A stretch of 64,000 bases of DNA from assembly GCA_007376385.1 (NCBI GenBank), contig VMGC01000004.1, forward strand, positions 64,001 to 128,000, given 5' to 3'. The notes under the pieces were generated by a model. That model made no database searches. It was not told where the DNA came from and worked only from the letters and a program-made list of their open reading frames with translations. Source of the DNA: Parcubacteria group bacterium Gr01-1014_8. Lineage in GTDB: Bacteria > Patescibacteriota > Minisyncoccia > Phycocordibacterales > UBA2100. Positions 9,128-17,303 of this stretch are shown here, piece by piece. Positions within the stretch are counted from its first letter, which is position 1. The number at the start of each line of letters is the position of its first letter. Position numbers and translations under genes: made by a program.

Positions 9128-12081
9128 AAAGTTACGATCATAAACGTATAGAACGAAAGTGGCAGGCACGCTGGAAGAAATCGAAGCTGTACAAGACTGC
9201 CGATACGGTAAAAGGTAAGAAAAATTATTATTTGCTAACTGAATTTCCGTATCCGTCTGGCAATTTGCACGTCGGACACTGGTACGCTTTTTCTGTACCG
9301 GACATTTTAGCAAGAGCGCTCCGCATGCAAGGCAAGAATGTGATGTATCCGTTCGGCTTTGATGCATTCGGATTGCCTGCGGAAAACGCAGCCATAAAAA
9401 ATAAGTTGAATCCTCGAAAATGGACCCTCGGCAACATCAAGTACATGAAAAAACAGATAACCTCGATGGGTGCATCGTTTGATTGGTCTCGAGAACTCGC
9501 TACGTGCGATCCTGAATACTACAAGTGGACGCAGTGGCAGTTTTTGCAATTTTTTAAGGCAGGACTCGCATATCGAAAAGAGACAGCAGTCAATTGGTGC
9601 CCTTCGTGCAAGACAGTGCTTGCGAACGAGCAGGTAGTGGATGGAAAATGCGAACGATGCGGAACGGAAGTGATTCAGAAGCAAATGCTTCAATGGAACT
9701 TAAAAATCACCGACTATGCGGACCGTCTTATTGACGATTTGAGCACGCTGGATTGGCCTGAACAGATAAAGGAATCGCAGAAAAATTGGATAGGACGTTC
9801 TGAAGGCGCCGAGATAGATTTCAGGCTCACAGGAAATGTAGGCGATGACTCACGGTATCTGATCCTCCACGGCAGAGAAGGGAAGCCCACGAGCGTCTTT
9901 ATTCCATGGCTCAAAGAAGAACTGGAAAAAGCTGGACATGAAGTGGAAGTGCCACAGCTTCCCAACACGAATGAACCGAATGCATATGAACAGGCAGAAT
10001 ACATCCTCAAGAACTGCACCGTAGATGAAAAAACAGTTGTGATAGGCCACTCGATAGGAGGAGTTACAGCGCTGCGTCTCTTGGAGAAGGGCGCAAAGGT
10101 TAGGCGCGTTATATTGGTCGCGACACCGTACTCAGGAAGATTTTTGGATGGTAAGAAACGGCCGAGCGTCACAGATTCCGTGAAGAAGGGGTTCGATTTC
10201 GAGACGATACGGAACAATACAAAGAGCATCATTGTTATGCCGGATGTAAAAGATGACAGAGTTCCATTTTCCGACGCCGAGAGCTATGCGCAGAAACTGG
10301 CCGGGATGCTGGTCCATGGCAGGGGAGAGGAGAAGCATTTTATGGGTAAGATAGAGCCGGATGTATTGATGTGCCTTTGCCCCACTATCCGCGTTTTTAC
10401 GACGCGAGCCGACACGCTTTTCGGGGCGACCTACATGGTCTTGTCCCCGGAACATCCATGGGTACGGTTAGCGATAGATGATGATCACAAAGTTTTAGAA
10501 AATAAGGATGAGGTAAAGGAATACGTCACAGCGGCGAATAAAAAAACTGAGCTGGAACGCCTCACGGAACAAAAAGAAAAGACCGGGGTGAGGCTGAAAG
10601 GCGTTGAGGGAGTAAACCCCGCTACGGGCGAGAAGATACCGATATTCGTAGCAGACTACGTGCTTGCGCACTACGGGACAGGGGCCATCATGGCGGTCCC
10701 GGCGCACGATGAGCGCGACTTTGCATTTGCCAAGAAATTTGAGCTGCCGATACGAGATGTGATCTCTACTGGAAAGATGGAATCCGGCGTGTTCGCAGGA
10801 GAAGGAGTGTTGGTGAATTCCGGCGCGTTCAATGGGCTAAAAAGTATCGAGGCTAAGAGCACGCTCACCGATAAATTTGGCCGCAGTAAAATCACGTACA
10901 AACTCCGCGATTGGATAGTTTCGCGCCAGCGTTACTGGGGAGTTCCAATACCCATCGTCCACTGCGAAAGGTGTGGAGACGTCGCTATTCCTGATCCACA
11001 GCTTCCCGTTACATTGCCGGAAATCAAAGATTATTTGCCAACCGGAGACGGAAAATCGCCTCTCGCAAAAGCCAAAAAGTGGGTCAAAGTGAAATGTCCG
11101 CAGTGCAAAGGGACGGCAGAAAGAGAAACAGATACTCTCGATACGTTCGTCGATTCATCCTGGTACTTTTTGCGGTACGCGGACACAATAAACAAAAAAA
11201 AGTTTGCCGATATGAAAAAGATGGATGCATGGATGCCGGTAGATCTCTATTCCGGAGGAGCAGAACACACAACGATGCACCTCCTCTATTCTCGCTTCTG
11301 GCAGAAGGCGCTCTACGATCTAAAGCTCGTTAAGGACAGCGAGCCGTACACGCGAAGGATGAATCGTTCCATCATTCTTGGTCCAGACGGGCAAAAGATG
11401 TCGAAATCCCGAGGCAACGTGATAGACCCGGATGCTGTTGTCGCGAAACTCGGCGCAGACACCGTGCGTATGTACCTTGCCTTCATAGGTCCGTATAATG
11501 AGGTTTCGAACTATCCGTGGAATCCGGATGGTGTGGTAGGTATTCGCCGTTTTCTCGAGCGTGTTTGGCGCCTCCGCGACCGACTTACGATATCGGTCAA
11601 GAAAAGTGACGGACATACGATATCGAACATCGAACGGATGCTGCATGTAACGATTAAAAAGGTGGGGGACGATATCACTGCCCTGAAATTCAATACTGCC
11701 ATCGCGCAGATGATGTCGTTTATGAACGAAGCAGAGAGTAAAGGGATCACAAAGGCGCAATACGAGACACTGCTTCGGCTTCTTGCCCCGTTCGCTCCTC
11801 ATATTGCAGACGAACTTTGGAGCATGATGGGACACAAGAAGTCGGTTCATATTGAAAAATGGCCCGCATTCGATCCGCATAAACTCGCGTCGTCGTCGTT
11901 TACAATTGCGGTACAAGTGAATGGCAAGACACGAACTCAAATCACCATACCTGCTGCAGTGAAGGAAGACGCCGTGAAGGAACAGGCTGAAACAGCTGCA
12001 GGAAAATGGTTGGAGGGAAAGGCTATAAAAAAGATCATCTACGTGCCCGGCCGCATCGTCAACATCGTCGCGGGCGAATAG
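9124..12081 (+). CDS. leuS: Leucyl-tRNA synthetase carrying an inserted alpha/beta serine-hydrolase domain
   Basis: HIGH-type 'PYPSGNLHVGH', KMSKS 'QKMSKS', CP1 editing-domain landmarks 'VFTTRADT', 'GTGAIMAVPAHDERDFAFA' and 'RDWIVSRQRYWG'. Residues about 243-419 form an RBBP9/YdeN-like hydrolase (LILHG...VVIGHSIGG...). Total 985 aa. Confidence 0.9.
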   Translation: MKSYDHKRIERKWQARWKKSKLYKTADTVKGKKNYYLLTEFPYPSGNLHVGHWYAFSVPDILARALRMQGKNVMYPFGFDAFGLPAENAAIKNKLNPRKWTLGNIKYMKKQITSMGASFDWSRELATCDPEYYKWTQWQFLQFFKAGLAYRKETAVNWCPSCKTVLANEQVVDGKCERCGTEVIQKQMLQWNLKITDYADRLIDDLSTLDWPEQIKESQKNWIGRSEGAEIDFRLTGNVGDDSRYLILHGREGKPTSVFIPWLKEELEKAGHEVEVPQLPNTNEPNAYEQAEYILKNCTVDEKTVVIGHSIGGVTALRLLEKGAKVRRVILVATPYSGRFLDGKKRPSVTDSVKKGFDFETIRNNTKSIIVMPDVKDDRVPFSDAESYAQKLAGMLVHGRGEEKHFMGKIEPDVLMCLCPTIRVFTTRADTLFGATYMVLSPEHPWVRLAIDDDHKVLENKDEVKEYVTAANKKTELERLTEQKEKTGVRLKGVEGVNPATGEKIPIFVADYVLAHYGTGAIMAVPAHDERDFAFAKKFELPIRDVISTGKMESGVFAGEGVLVNSGAFNGLKSIEAKSTLTDKFGRSKITYKLRDWIVSRQRYWGVPIPIVHCERCGDVAIPDPQLPVTLPEIKDYLPTGDGKSPLAKAKKWVKVKCPQCKGTAERETDTLDTFVDSSWYFLRYADTINKKKFADMKKMDAWMPVDLYSGGAEHTTMHLLYSRFWQKALYDLKLVKDSEPYTRRMNRSIILGPDGQKMSKSRGNVIDPDAVVAKLGADTVRMYLAFIGPYNEVSNYPWNPDGVVGIRRFLERVWRLRDRLTISVKKSDGHTISNIERMLHVTIKKVGDDITALKFNTAIAQMMSFMNEAESKGITKAQYETLLRLLAPFAPHIADELWSMMGHKKSVHIEKWPAFDPHKLASSSFTIAVQVNGKTRTQITIPAAVKEDAVKEQAETAAGKWLEGKAIKKIIYVPGRIVNIVAGE

Positions 12082-12084
12082 TCC

Positions 12085-13509
12085 CTATTTTTGGGAGATA
12101 CGAGGACCTTTGGTCGAGTCTTCGAGGTTGAATCCATGCGCAGCGACCATGCTGCGTAATTCGTCGGCCCGTTTCCAATCTTTTGCACCTCGGGCCGTCT
12201 CGCGTTCATCGACAAGTGCGCGAACTTCCGGCGGCAGCTCATCAATAGATACGTTGTTCGCTGCGCTGCCGGATTCAAGTTTCAGTCCTAATACCGCATC
12301 AAAATCTTTGAGAGCGTTGTATTTTTTGACGGCACTGACGTTTGGGTCTTTTACAAGCTCCCACACAACTGCGAGCGCTCCAGGAGTGTCCACGTCATCA
12401 TTAATTCGCTTTCTGAACATATCTATATATGGATCAGCGTTCTTGCCAGTGTCTTTATTATCCCTGAACGAACCATACAAATTGTATAGGCGATTCAAAG
12501 ACGTCTGCGCTGCAGTCATTCCGTCCCACGAAAAACTTGCTGGCGTGCGGTAGTGAGCGCCGAGGAGAAGATATCGGAATACGAGGGGAGAGAACCCGCG
12601 TTCGACGACATTTGATACATAGATGGTATTGCCTTCCGACTTTGCAATTTTGGCGCCCTCTATCTGTACGTGGGCGCGATGAAGCCAGAAGCGTGAAAAT
12701 GGCTTTTTACCTGTCGCAGATTCAGATTGAGCTATTTCGTTATTGTGGTGAATTGGAATGTGCTCTATTCCACCAGTATGAATATCTATCTGGTCGCCTA
12801 AGAGCTCTCTACTCATCACTGAGCACTCGATATGCCAGCCGGGATAGCCCTTTCCCCATGGCGAATCCCAGCCCAACGTATCCTGACTGCTAAGTTTCCA
12901 AAGCAAAAAATCGGTGGGATTTTTTTTGTCCGAAGTCGATGAGACACGTGCGCCTTCGCGAATGCCAGATAGGTCGATGTTGCCCAATGTTCCGTACGCC
13001 GGGAATTTCGACGAATCAAAATACATGCCTTGTTTCCCGCGATACGCGAATCCTTTTTTTTCGAGGGTTTTTACCATCTCTATCTGCTGCGGAATATAGT
13101 CTGACGCGCGCGGGAATGAAGTGCTGGCAGTATTGATGTTCAGAAGTTTTAGGTCCTCCAGAAACAAGTCAGCATATTTCTTGCCAAGTGCGCGCATGTT
13201 CTCGAGCGTGAGTTCCATGCCCTCTCGTTTCAATCCTTTTGTCATGCGGTCTTCTCCCTCGTCCGCATCGCCCTGGTTATCTCCGGTCAAATGGCCGACA
13301 TCGGTAAAATTTATTGCTTGTTTGACCTTGTAGCCGTTGAATTCGAGAGTGCGCCGCAATAGATCTACGAATACGAACATAGACAAGTTTCCGATATGTT
13401 GAGGACCGTAGACGGTCGGACCGCAGTTGTACATTTTTACTTCTCCTCTCTGCAGCATCGTAAACTCTTGCTTTTTACCGGTCAGCGTGTTGTAAAAGAA
13501 AAGCGGCAT
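12085..13509 (-). CDS. cysS: Cysteinyl-tRNA synthetase
   Basis: 'MYNCGPTVYGPQHIGN' (HIGH region) and 'KIAKSEGN' (KMSKS-like). Start chosen at MPLFFYNTLTGKKQEF (rc ATG 13507-13509). The track ORF extends 34 codons further upstream. Confidence 0.85.
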   Translation of the reverse strand: MPLFFYNTLTGKKQEFTMLQRGEVKMYNCGPTVYGPQHIGNLSMFVFVDLLRRTLEFNGYKVKQAINFTDVGHLTGDNQGDADEGEDRMTKGLKREGMELTLENMRALGKKYADLFLEDLKLLNINTASTSFPRASDYIPQQIEMVKTLEKKGFAYRGKQGMYFDSSKFPAYGTLGNIDLSGIREGARVSSTSDKKNPTDFLLWKLSSQDTLGWDSPWGKGYPGWHIECSVMSRELLGDQIDIHTGGIEHIPIHHNNEIAQSESATGKKPFSRFWLHRAHVQIEGAKIAKSEGNTIYVSNVVERGFSPLVFRYLLLGAHYRTPASFSWDGMTAAQTSLNRLYNLYGSFRDNKDTGKNADPYIDMFRKRINDDVDTPGALAVVWELVKDPNVSAVKKYNALKDFDAVLGLKLESGSAANNVSIDELPPEVRALVDERETARGAKDWKRADELRSMVAAHGFNLEDSTKGPRISQK

Positions 13510-13661
13510 ATTCGCCGATGCTGAACCGCTTCTGTTCATACGAAACGGAAATGCAGACAGGATGTCTGAGATCACCTGCCCGACGACATCAGCGAGAGAC
13601 CGCATGACCAAAAGTATGCCTGCATTTGCTTCAGACTACAAGCGGAGAATGGCTCGTTGTC

Positions 13662-14573
13662 CTACAGCCATTTGCGCCGTTTGAAATACCACACCATAAG
13701 CGCGCCCGCAGTTGCGACTATGCCGACAATGATCCAGAAATCGTAGGGCAGACCTACGATCGGATTGGATCTCGCATTGATGTCGAAAATAGCAACGAAA
13801 AGCGAAAGAGGGAATGTAAGGAGTGCCATGATGGTAAGAACGCGCATTGTCTCGTTCTCTTTCGTCGAAAGAAGAGAGTTATTGGTTTCGCGCAATTCGT
13901 GGAGGACCTCTGTAAGTCTCATGACATGATTGTGTACTCGATAATATTCGTTCGACAAGGCGCGCAAATAACTGACGAATTCTTCTCCAAAGAACATCTG
14001 ACCGTCTTTATCGAGCGTGTGGAGTACGTCTCTGTGCGGTTCAATAGTTTGCCTTAAATTCAGCAGGTCTCTTGCGCTTCTTGAAAGCCGCTCGACCATG
14101 CCAACTTCGTGGCCGGAAAATATGTTCTCTTCAATATGCGAAAGGTCGCTTCGCACGAAATCAATTTCATGCTCAACGGCCTTATAGAGACGCTTGAGCA
14201 TGTAGTAAAAAAGAAAGCCGGCATGATCTCCCATGACGCTTTTATCAAGAATTGAATTCACTTCAAAAAGCTTGGAAAATGTATGCAGCGGGTCAATGGT
14301 GTCGTAGTGAGTAGTGATGATGAATGACTTGCCTATGACAAAATCTATTTCTTGCTCGATGGTTCTGTGCGTGTGTCGTAGAGCAGGGAAGTGGAGAATA
14401 GCGTAGATGTAATCGTTATAGAATTCGACTCGAGGTTTCGCAGTCGGTAGAAGAAGTTCTTCCGCGATAAGGTGGGCAAGGCCGAATTCATCCATAACAG
14501 CGCGGACCTCTTCGCGGGTAGGGGATTCGAGGTCTATCCACACGAGCGATGAATGCTCATGGCGTGACAACAT
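13662..14573 (-). CDS. CorA-family divalent cation transporter homolog with an atypical pore motif
   Basis: 303 aa. Cytoplasmic alpha/beta domain plus two C-terminal TM helices, 'LTFPLSLFVAIFDINARSNP...YFKRRKW'. The usual GMN motif is replaced by DIN. Confidence 0.65.
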   Translation of the reverse strand: MLSRHEHSSLVWIDLESPTREEVRAVMDEFGLAHLIAEELLLPTAKPRVEFYNDYIYAILHFPALRHTHRTIEQEIDFVIGKSFIITTHYDTIDPLHTFSKLFEVNSILDKSVMGDHAGFLFYYMLKRLYKAVEHEIDFVRSDLSHIEENIFSGHEVGMVERLSRSARDLLNLRQTIEPHRDVLHTLDKDGQMFFGEEFVSYLRALSNEYYRVHNHVMRLTEVLHELRETNNSLLSTKENETMRVLTIMALLTFPLSLFVAIFDINARSNPIVGLPYDFWIIVGIVATAGALMVWYFKRRKWL

Positions 14574-14636
14574 GTGCTGAATTCTAGCACAAAAGCGACG
14601 TCATTTTTTCATCGTCTATGATAGAATACTGCCACT

Positions 14637-15887
14637 ATGTTATTTCAAAGAGAGGGTCAGCCGAGTGGAACTGTACGCTTCGGAACGGCATTCGCCATCG
14701 CACTTGTGGTGGGTGCGCTCGGCTTCACCGGGGGTATTTTTGCAGGTAATCGTACCTATGCGAATGGACCCCTGCTCGGCGACTCTCCGCCAGAAGGGGT
14801 CGACATGACCCCCGTATGGAAAGCGTGGCGCATCATTGATGAAAAATTCGTTCCCGCAGCCGTTGCTACCACGAGCATAGCTGCAGCATCAACAACCGAT
14901 GCGGAGCAAAGACGAGTCTGGGGCATGATCGAAGGACTGGCCAATTCATTGGACGATCCCTACACATATTTCATGCCGCCCGCAGAGCAAAAGCAATTTT
15001 CAGAGGACATGACTGGCGCATTCGAAGGAGTAGGGATGGAAATAGCCGTTCGAGACGAAGTGCTCGTTATCGTCTCGCCCCTTAAAGGCACGCCTGCTGA
15101 ACGGGCAGGACTTCGAGCAGGAGACAAGATATTGAAAATAGACGGCGATGACACGCGTGGCGTAGATATTACGTCTGCAGTCCAGCGCATCCGCGGACCA
15201 AAGGGAAGTACCGTTACTTTCTCTATATTTAGAGATGGATGGTCCGAACCCAAGGATGTACAAGTCGTACGCGACGTCATCAACGTCCCGATCGTCACGA
15301 CGGAAATAAAAGAGGGAGTCTTCGTTATTGAGGTGGCAAGCTTTACGGCAAATTCGCCAGGACTATTTCGAAATGCTCTTCGTGAATTTGTGGATTCAGG
15401 CACGTCGAGACTCATCATTGACCTTCGTGGAAATCCGGGAGGATATCTGGATGCCGCCGTGGACATGGCAAGTTGGTTCCTTCCTTCTGGAAAAATCGTG
15501 GTTGTGGAAGATTATGCTGGGCACGAGACCAATATAACGCATCGCTCGCGCGGCTATAACGTATTCAACGATAATTTGCGCATGGTCATTCTCGTTGATA
15601 AAGGCTCTGCATCCGCCTCTGAAATTCTCGCACTCGCGCTTAATAGCCACGGCAAGGCTCGGCTCATCGGTTCTCCTACCTTCGGCAAAGGTTCAGTCCA
15701 GGAGCTGATAGACATAACGCCTGATACGGGTTTGAAGCTCACGGTCGCGAGGTGGCTCGGGCCTAACGGAGAGCATATACCGCACTCTGGCATCATTCCC
15801 GACATTCAAGTTGAAAGAACTGAAGACGATATTAAAAGCGACAAGGACCCGCAGATTGATGCGGCTATCAAGGCAGTCAATGAGTAG
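14637..15887 (+). CDS. C-terminal processing peptidase (S41, Ctp/Prc family) with PDZ domain
   Basis: N-terminal TM anchor, PDZ 'GLRAGDKILKIDGDD', and catalytic region 'LVDKGSASASEI...TFGKGSVQ'. Confidence 0.8.
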   Translation: MLFQREGQPSGTVRFGTAFAIALVVGALGFTGGIFAGNRTYANGPLLGDSPPEGVDMTPVWKAWRIIDEKFVPAAVATTSIAAASTTDAEQRRVWGMIEGLANSLDDPYTYFMPPAEQKQFSEDMTGAFEGVGMEIAVRDEVLVIVSPLKGTPAERAGLRAGDKILKIDGDDTRGVDITSAVQRIRGPKGSTVTFSIFRDGWSEPKDVQVVRDVINVPIVTTEIKEGVFVIEVASFTANSPGLFRNALREFVDSGTSRLIIDLRGNPGGYLDAAVDMASWFLPSGKIVVVEDYAGHETNITHRSRGYNVFNDNLRMVILVDKGSASASEILALALNSHGKARLIGSPTFGKGSVQELIDITPDTGLKLTVARWLGPNGEHIPHSGIIPDIQVERTEDDIKSDKDPQIDAAIKAVNE

Positions 15888-15890
15888 CGT

Positions 15891-16032
15891 ATGCCCGCAC
15901 ACCAATGGTGGCATAATGTTTTTGTTGCAAATATACTATCTGACATGTATCCAGATTCGGAAACTCGTACTGCGACTACGGATAATATTCTGAAAACACG
16001 TGGCAACCATGCCACCATTGGTGTGCGGGTAT
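15891..16032 (+). repeat. 142-bp element bounded by a 24-bp near-perfect inverted repeat (ATGCCCGCACACCAATGGTGGCAT / ATGCCACCATTGGTGTGCGGGTAT); it encodes a 46-codon ORF whose TGA overlaps the rplI ATG
   Basis: Left arm 15891-15914 and right arm 16009-16032 match 23/24 as reverse complements. The internal ORF is [47 protein letters not shown]. Confidence 0.5.
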
Positions 16033-16480
16033 GAAGGTCATCATGCTTCGTGATGTCGCAGGTGTGGGACAAAAGGGAACCATAGCGCGCGTATCGGATG
16101 GCTATGCCATGAATTTTCTTATTCCTCAAAAATTTGCAGAAATGGCTACAGAAGAGAAGGTCAATGAGACGCATAAACGAAAAGCCGAAGCTGAAGCCAT
16201 GGTGGTGAAGCAGATGGCAGAATGGAAGGAGCAAGCAACACGGCTTGCTAATGCATCAGTGACAGTTCGCATGGAGGCAAATGAAAAGGGACAGCTGTAT
16301 AGTCAGATACCTCACGCCAAAATTCTTGAACGCATATCGAAGGAGCTCGGCATCAACGTTAAGGAGGAATGCCTGGTCGATGTAAGGCCGATAAAATCAC
16401 TCGGCCGTACTGAAATAGACCTTACGCTGGGCGGGAAACGGATCCCATTCACTGTTTTTGTGGAGAGAAAAGAGGATTAA
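16031..16480 (+). CDS. rplI: 50S ribosomal protein L9
   Basis: '[32 protein letters not shown]' matches the L9 N-domain consensus. Confidence 0.85.
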   Translation: MKVIMLRDVAGVGQKGTIARVSDGYAMNFLIPQKFAEMATEEKVNETHKRKAEAEAMVVKQMAEWKEQATRLANASVTVRMEANEKGQLYSQIPHAKILERISKELGINVKEECLVDVRPIKSLGRTEIDLTLGGKRIPFTVFVERKED

Positions 16481-16749
16481 ACAACCTCTGCCATTCGGCG
16501 GATATTTCTGCGACCGTCGAAATTTATCTTACGCACTGTGCGGAATTTTACGATCCCTTTGATGAGTGAAAAGATGGTGTGGTCTTTACCGAGTCCGACG
16601 TTCTTGCCGGCCATTATTTTTGTGCCTCTCTGGCGAACGATTATCTCGCCCGGATTTACCGAGCTTCCATCAGAACGCTTGATGCCGAGGTATTTCGGAT
16701 TCGAATCGTTCAGGTTTTTTGCTGTTCCAGCGGCTTTCGTTGTTGCCAT
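16477..16749 (-). CDS. rpmA: 50S ribosomal protein L27
   Basis: '...[36 protein letters not shown]' is the L27 signature. No rplU lies upstream. Confidence 0.8.
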   Translation of the reverse strand: MATTKAAGTAKNLNDSNPKYLGIKRSDGSSVNPGEIIVRQRGTKIMAGKNVGLGKDHTIFSLIKGIVKFRTVRKINFDGRRNIRRMAEVV

Positions 16750-16800
16750 AGTTGTATCTTTAGAGCCTTCCTACGCCCTTTTCTAGGGTATTATTGAGGC

Positions 16801-17163
16801 ATGCAGAGTATACCGGAGATGACTGGTAGTATCAAGGGCTACGTTGACAAGGGGACAGGGGAGTGGGGTATTCCAGTTATCGTCATTTTGGTAGGCATCG
16901 CCTCATTTGGATTAGGACGATTGTCGACGCTTGAAGGCTCTACATCCGCAGTATCGGTCAGTTCTATCCCTATGCAGGCAGCTTCCGCATCGCTTGCGGT
17001 AGGAGGGCTTGTGGTGGCTTCAAGAACGGGCACTGCATATCATTACCCATGGTGTGCCGGCGCGACGACAATAAAGGAGAGTAATAAAGTGTGGTTCAAA
17101 GATGAGGAGGCAGCCAGAAAAGCAGGCTATACCCCTGCTAAAAACTGTAGGGGATTGAAATAG
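16801..17163 (+). CDS. Membrane-anchored protein with a C-terminal Ada-like/'YHxPxC...AGY-P' small metal-binding-like domain
   Basis: N-terminal TM helix and Ala/Ser-rich linker. The C-terminus 'YHYPWCAGATTIKESNKVWFKDEEAARKAGYTPAKNC' resembles a small domain found on secreted proteins. Confidence 0.4.
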   Translation: MQSIPEMTGSIKGYVDKGTGEWGIPVIVILVGIASFGLGRLSTLEGSTSAVSVSSIPMQAASASLAVGGLVVASRTGTAYHYPWCAGATTIKESNKVWFKDEEAARKAGYTPAKNCRGLK

Positions 17164-17190
17164 GAAACATAACGGGGGCAACTGTGCTTC

Positions 17191-17226
17191 GTACCATAAT
17201 GGTGCCGGTCGGCACCATTATGGTAC
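17191..17226. terminator. Perfect 16-bp-stem palindrome GTACCATAATGGTGCC-ggtc-GGCACCATTATGGTAC; likely an intergenic terminator/structural hairpin
   Basis: Seen in sequence 28 nt after the 16801-17163 stop. No clear U-tract follows. Confidence 0.35.
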
Positions 17227-17303
17227 GCATATAAATCAAAAGGAGACAGAAAATCCCCGAAACAAACACGACAGCTGGTATATCATGGGATATACTTATC
17301 GTC

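Noticed and set aside
9850-10380. The possibility that the LeuS insertion is an intein
   Set aside because: It has no Cys/Ser/Thr at the N-terminal splice junction followed by an endonuclease/Hint block, and no terminal HN. The insert instead has an alpha/beta-hydrolase nucleophile elbow (GHSIGG).
13510-13611. N-terminal extensions of track ORFs (cysS +34 codons, aspS +29, ftsW +65, alaS +31, mltG +40, the ATP-cone gene +34, scpB +17)
   Set aside because: The extensions lack homology to the respective families and often begin with GTG or TTG. Conserved N-termini begin at internal ATGs, which also restore sensible 1-15 nt gaps to the upstream gene.
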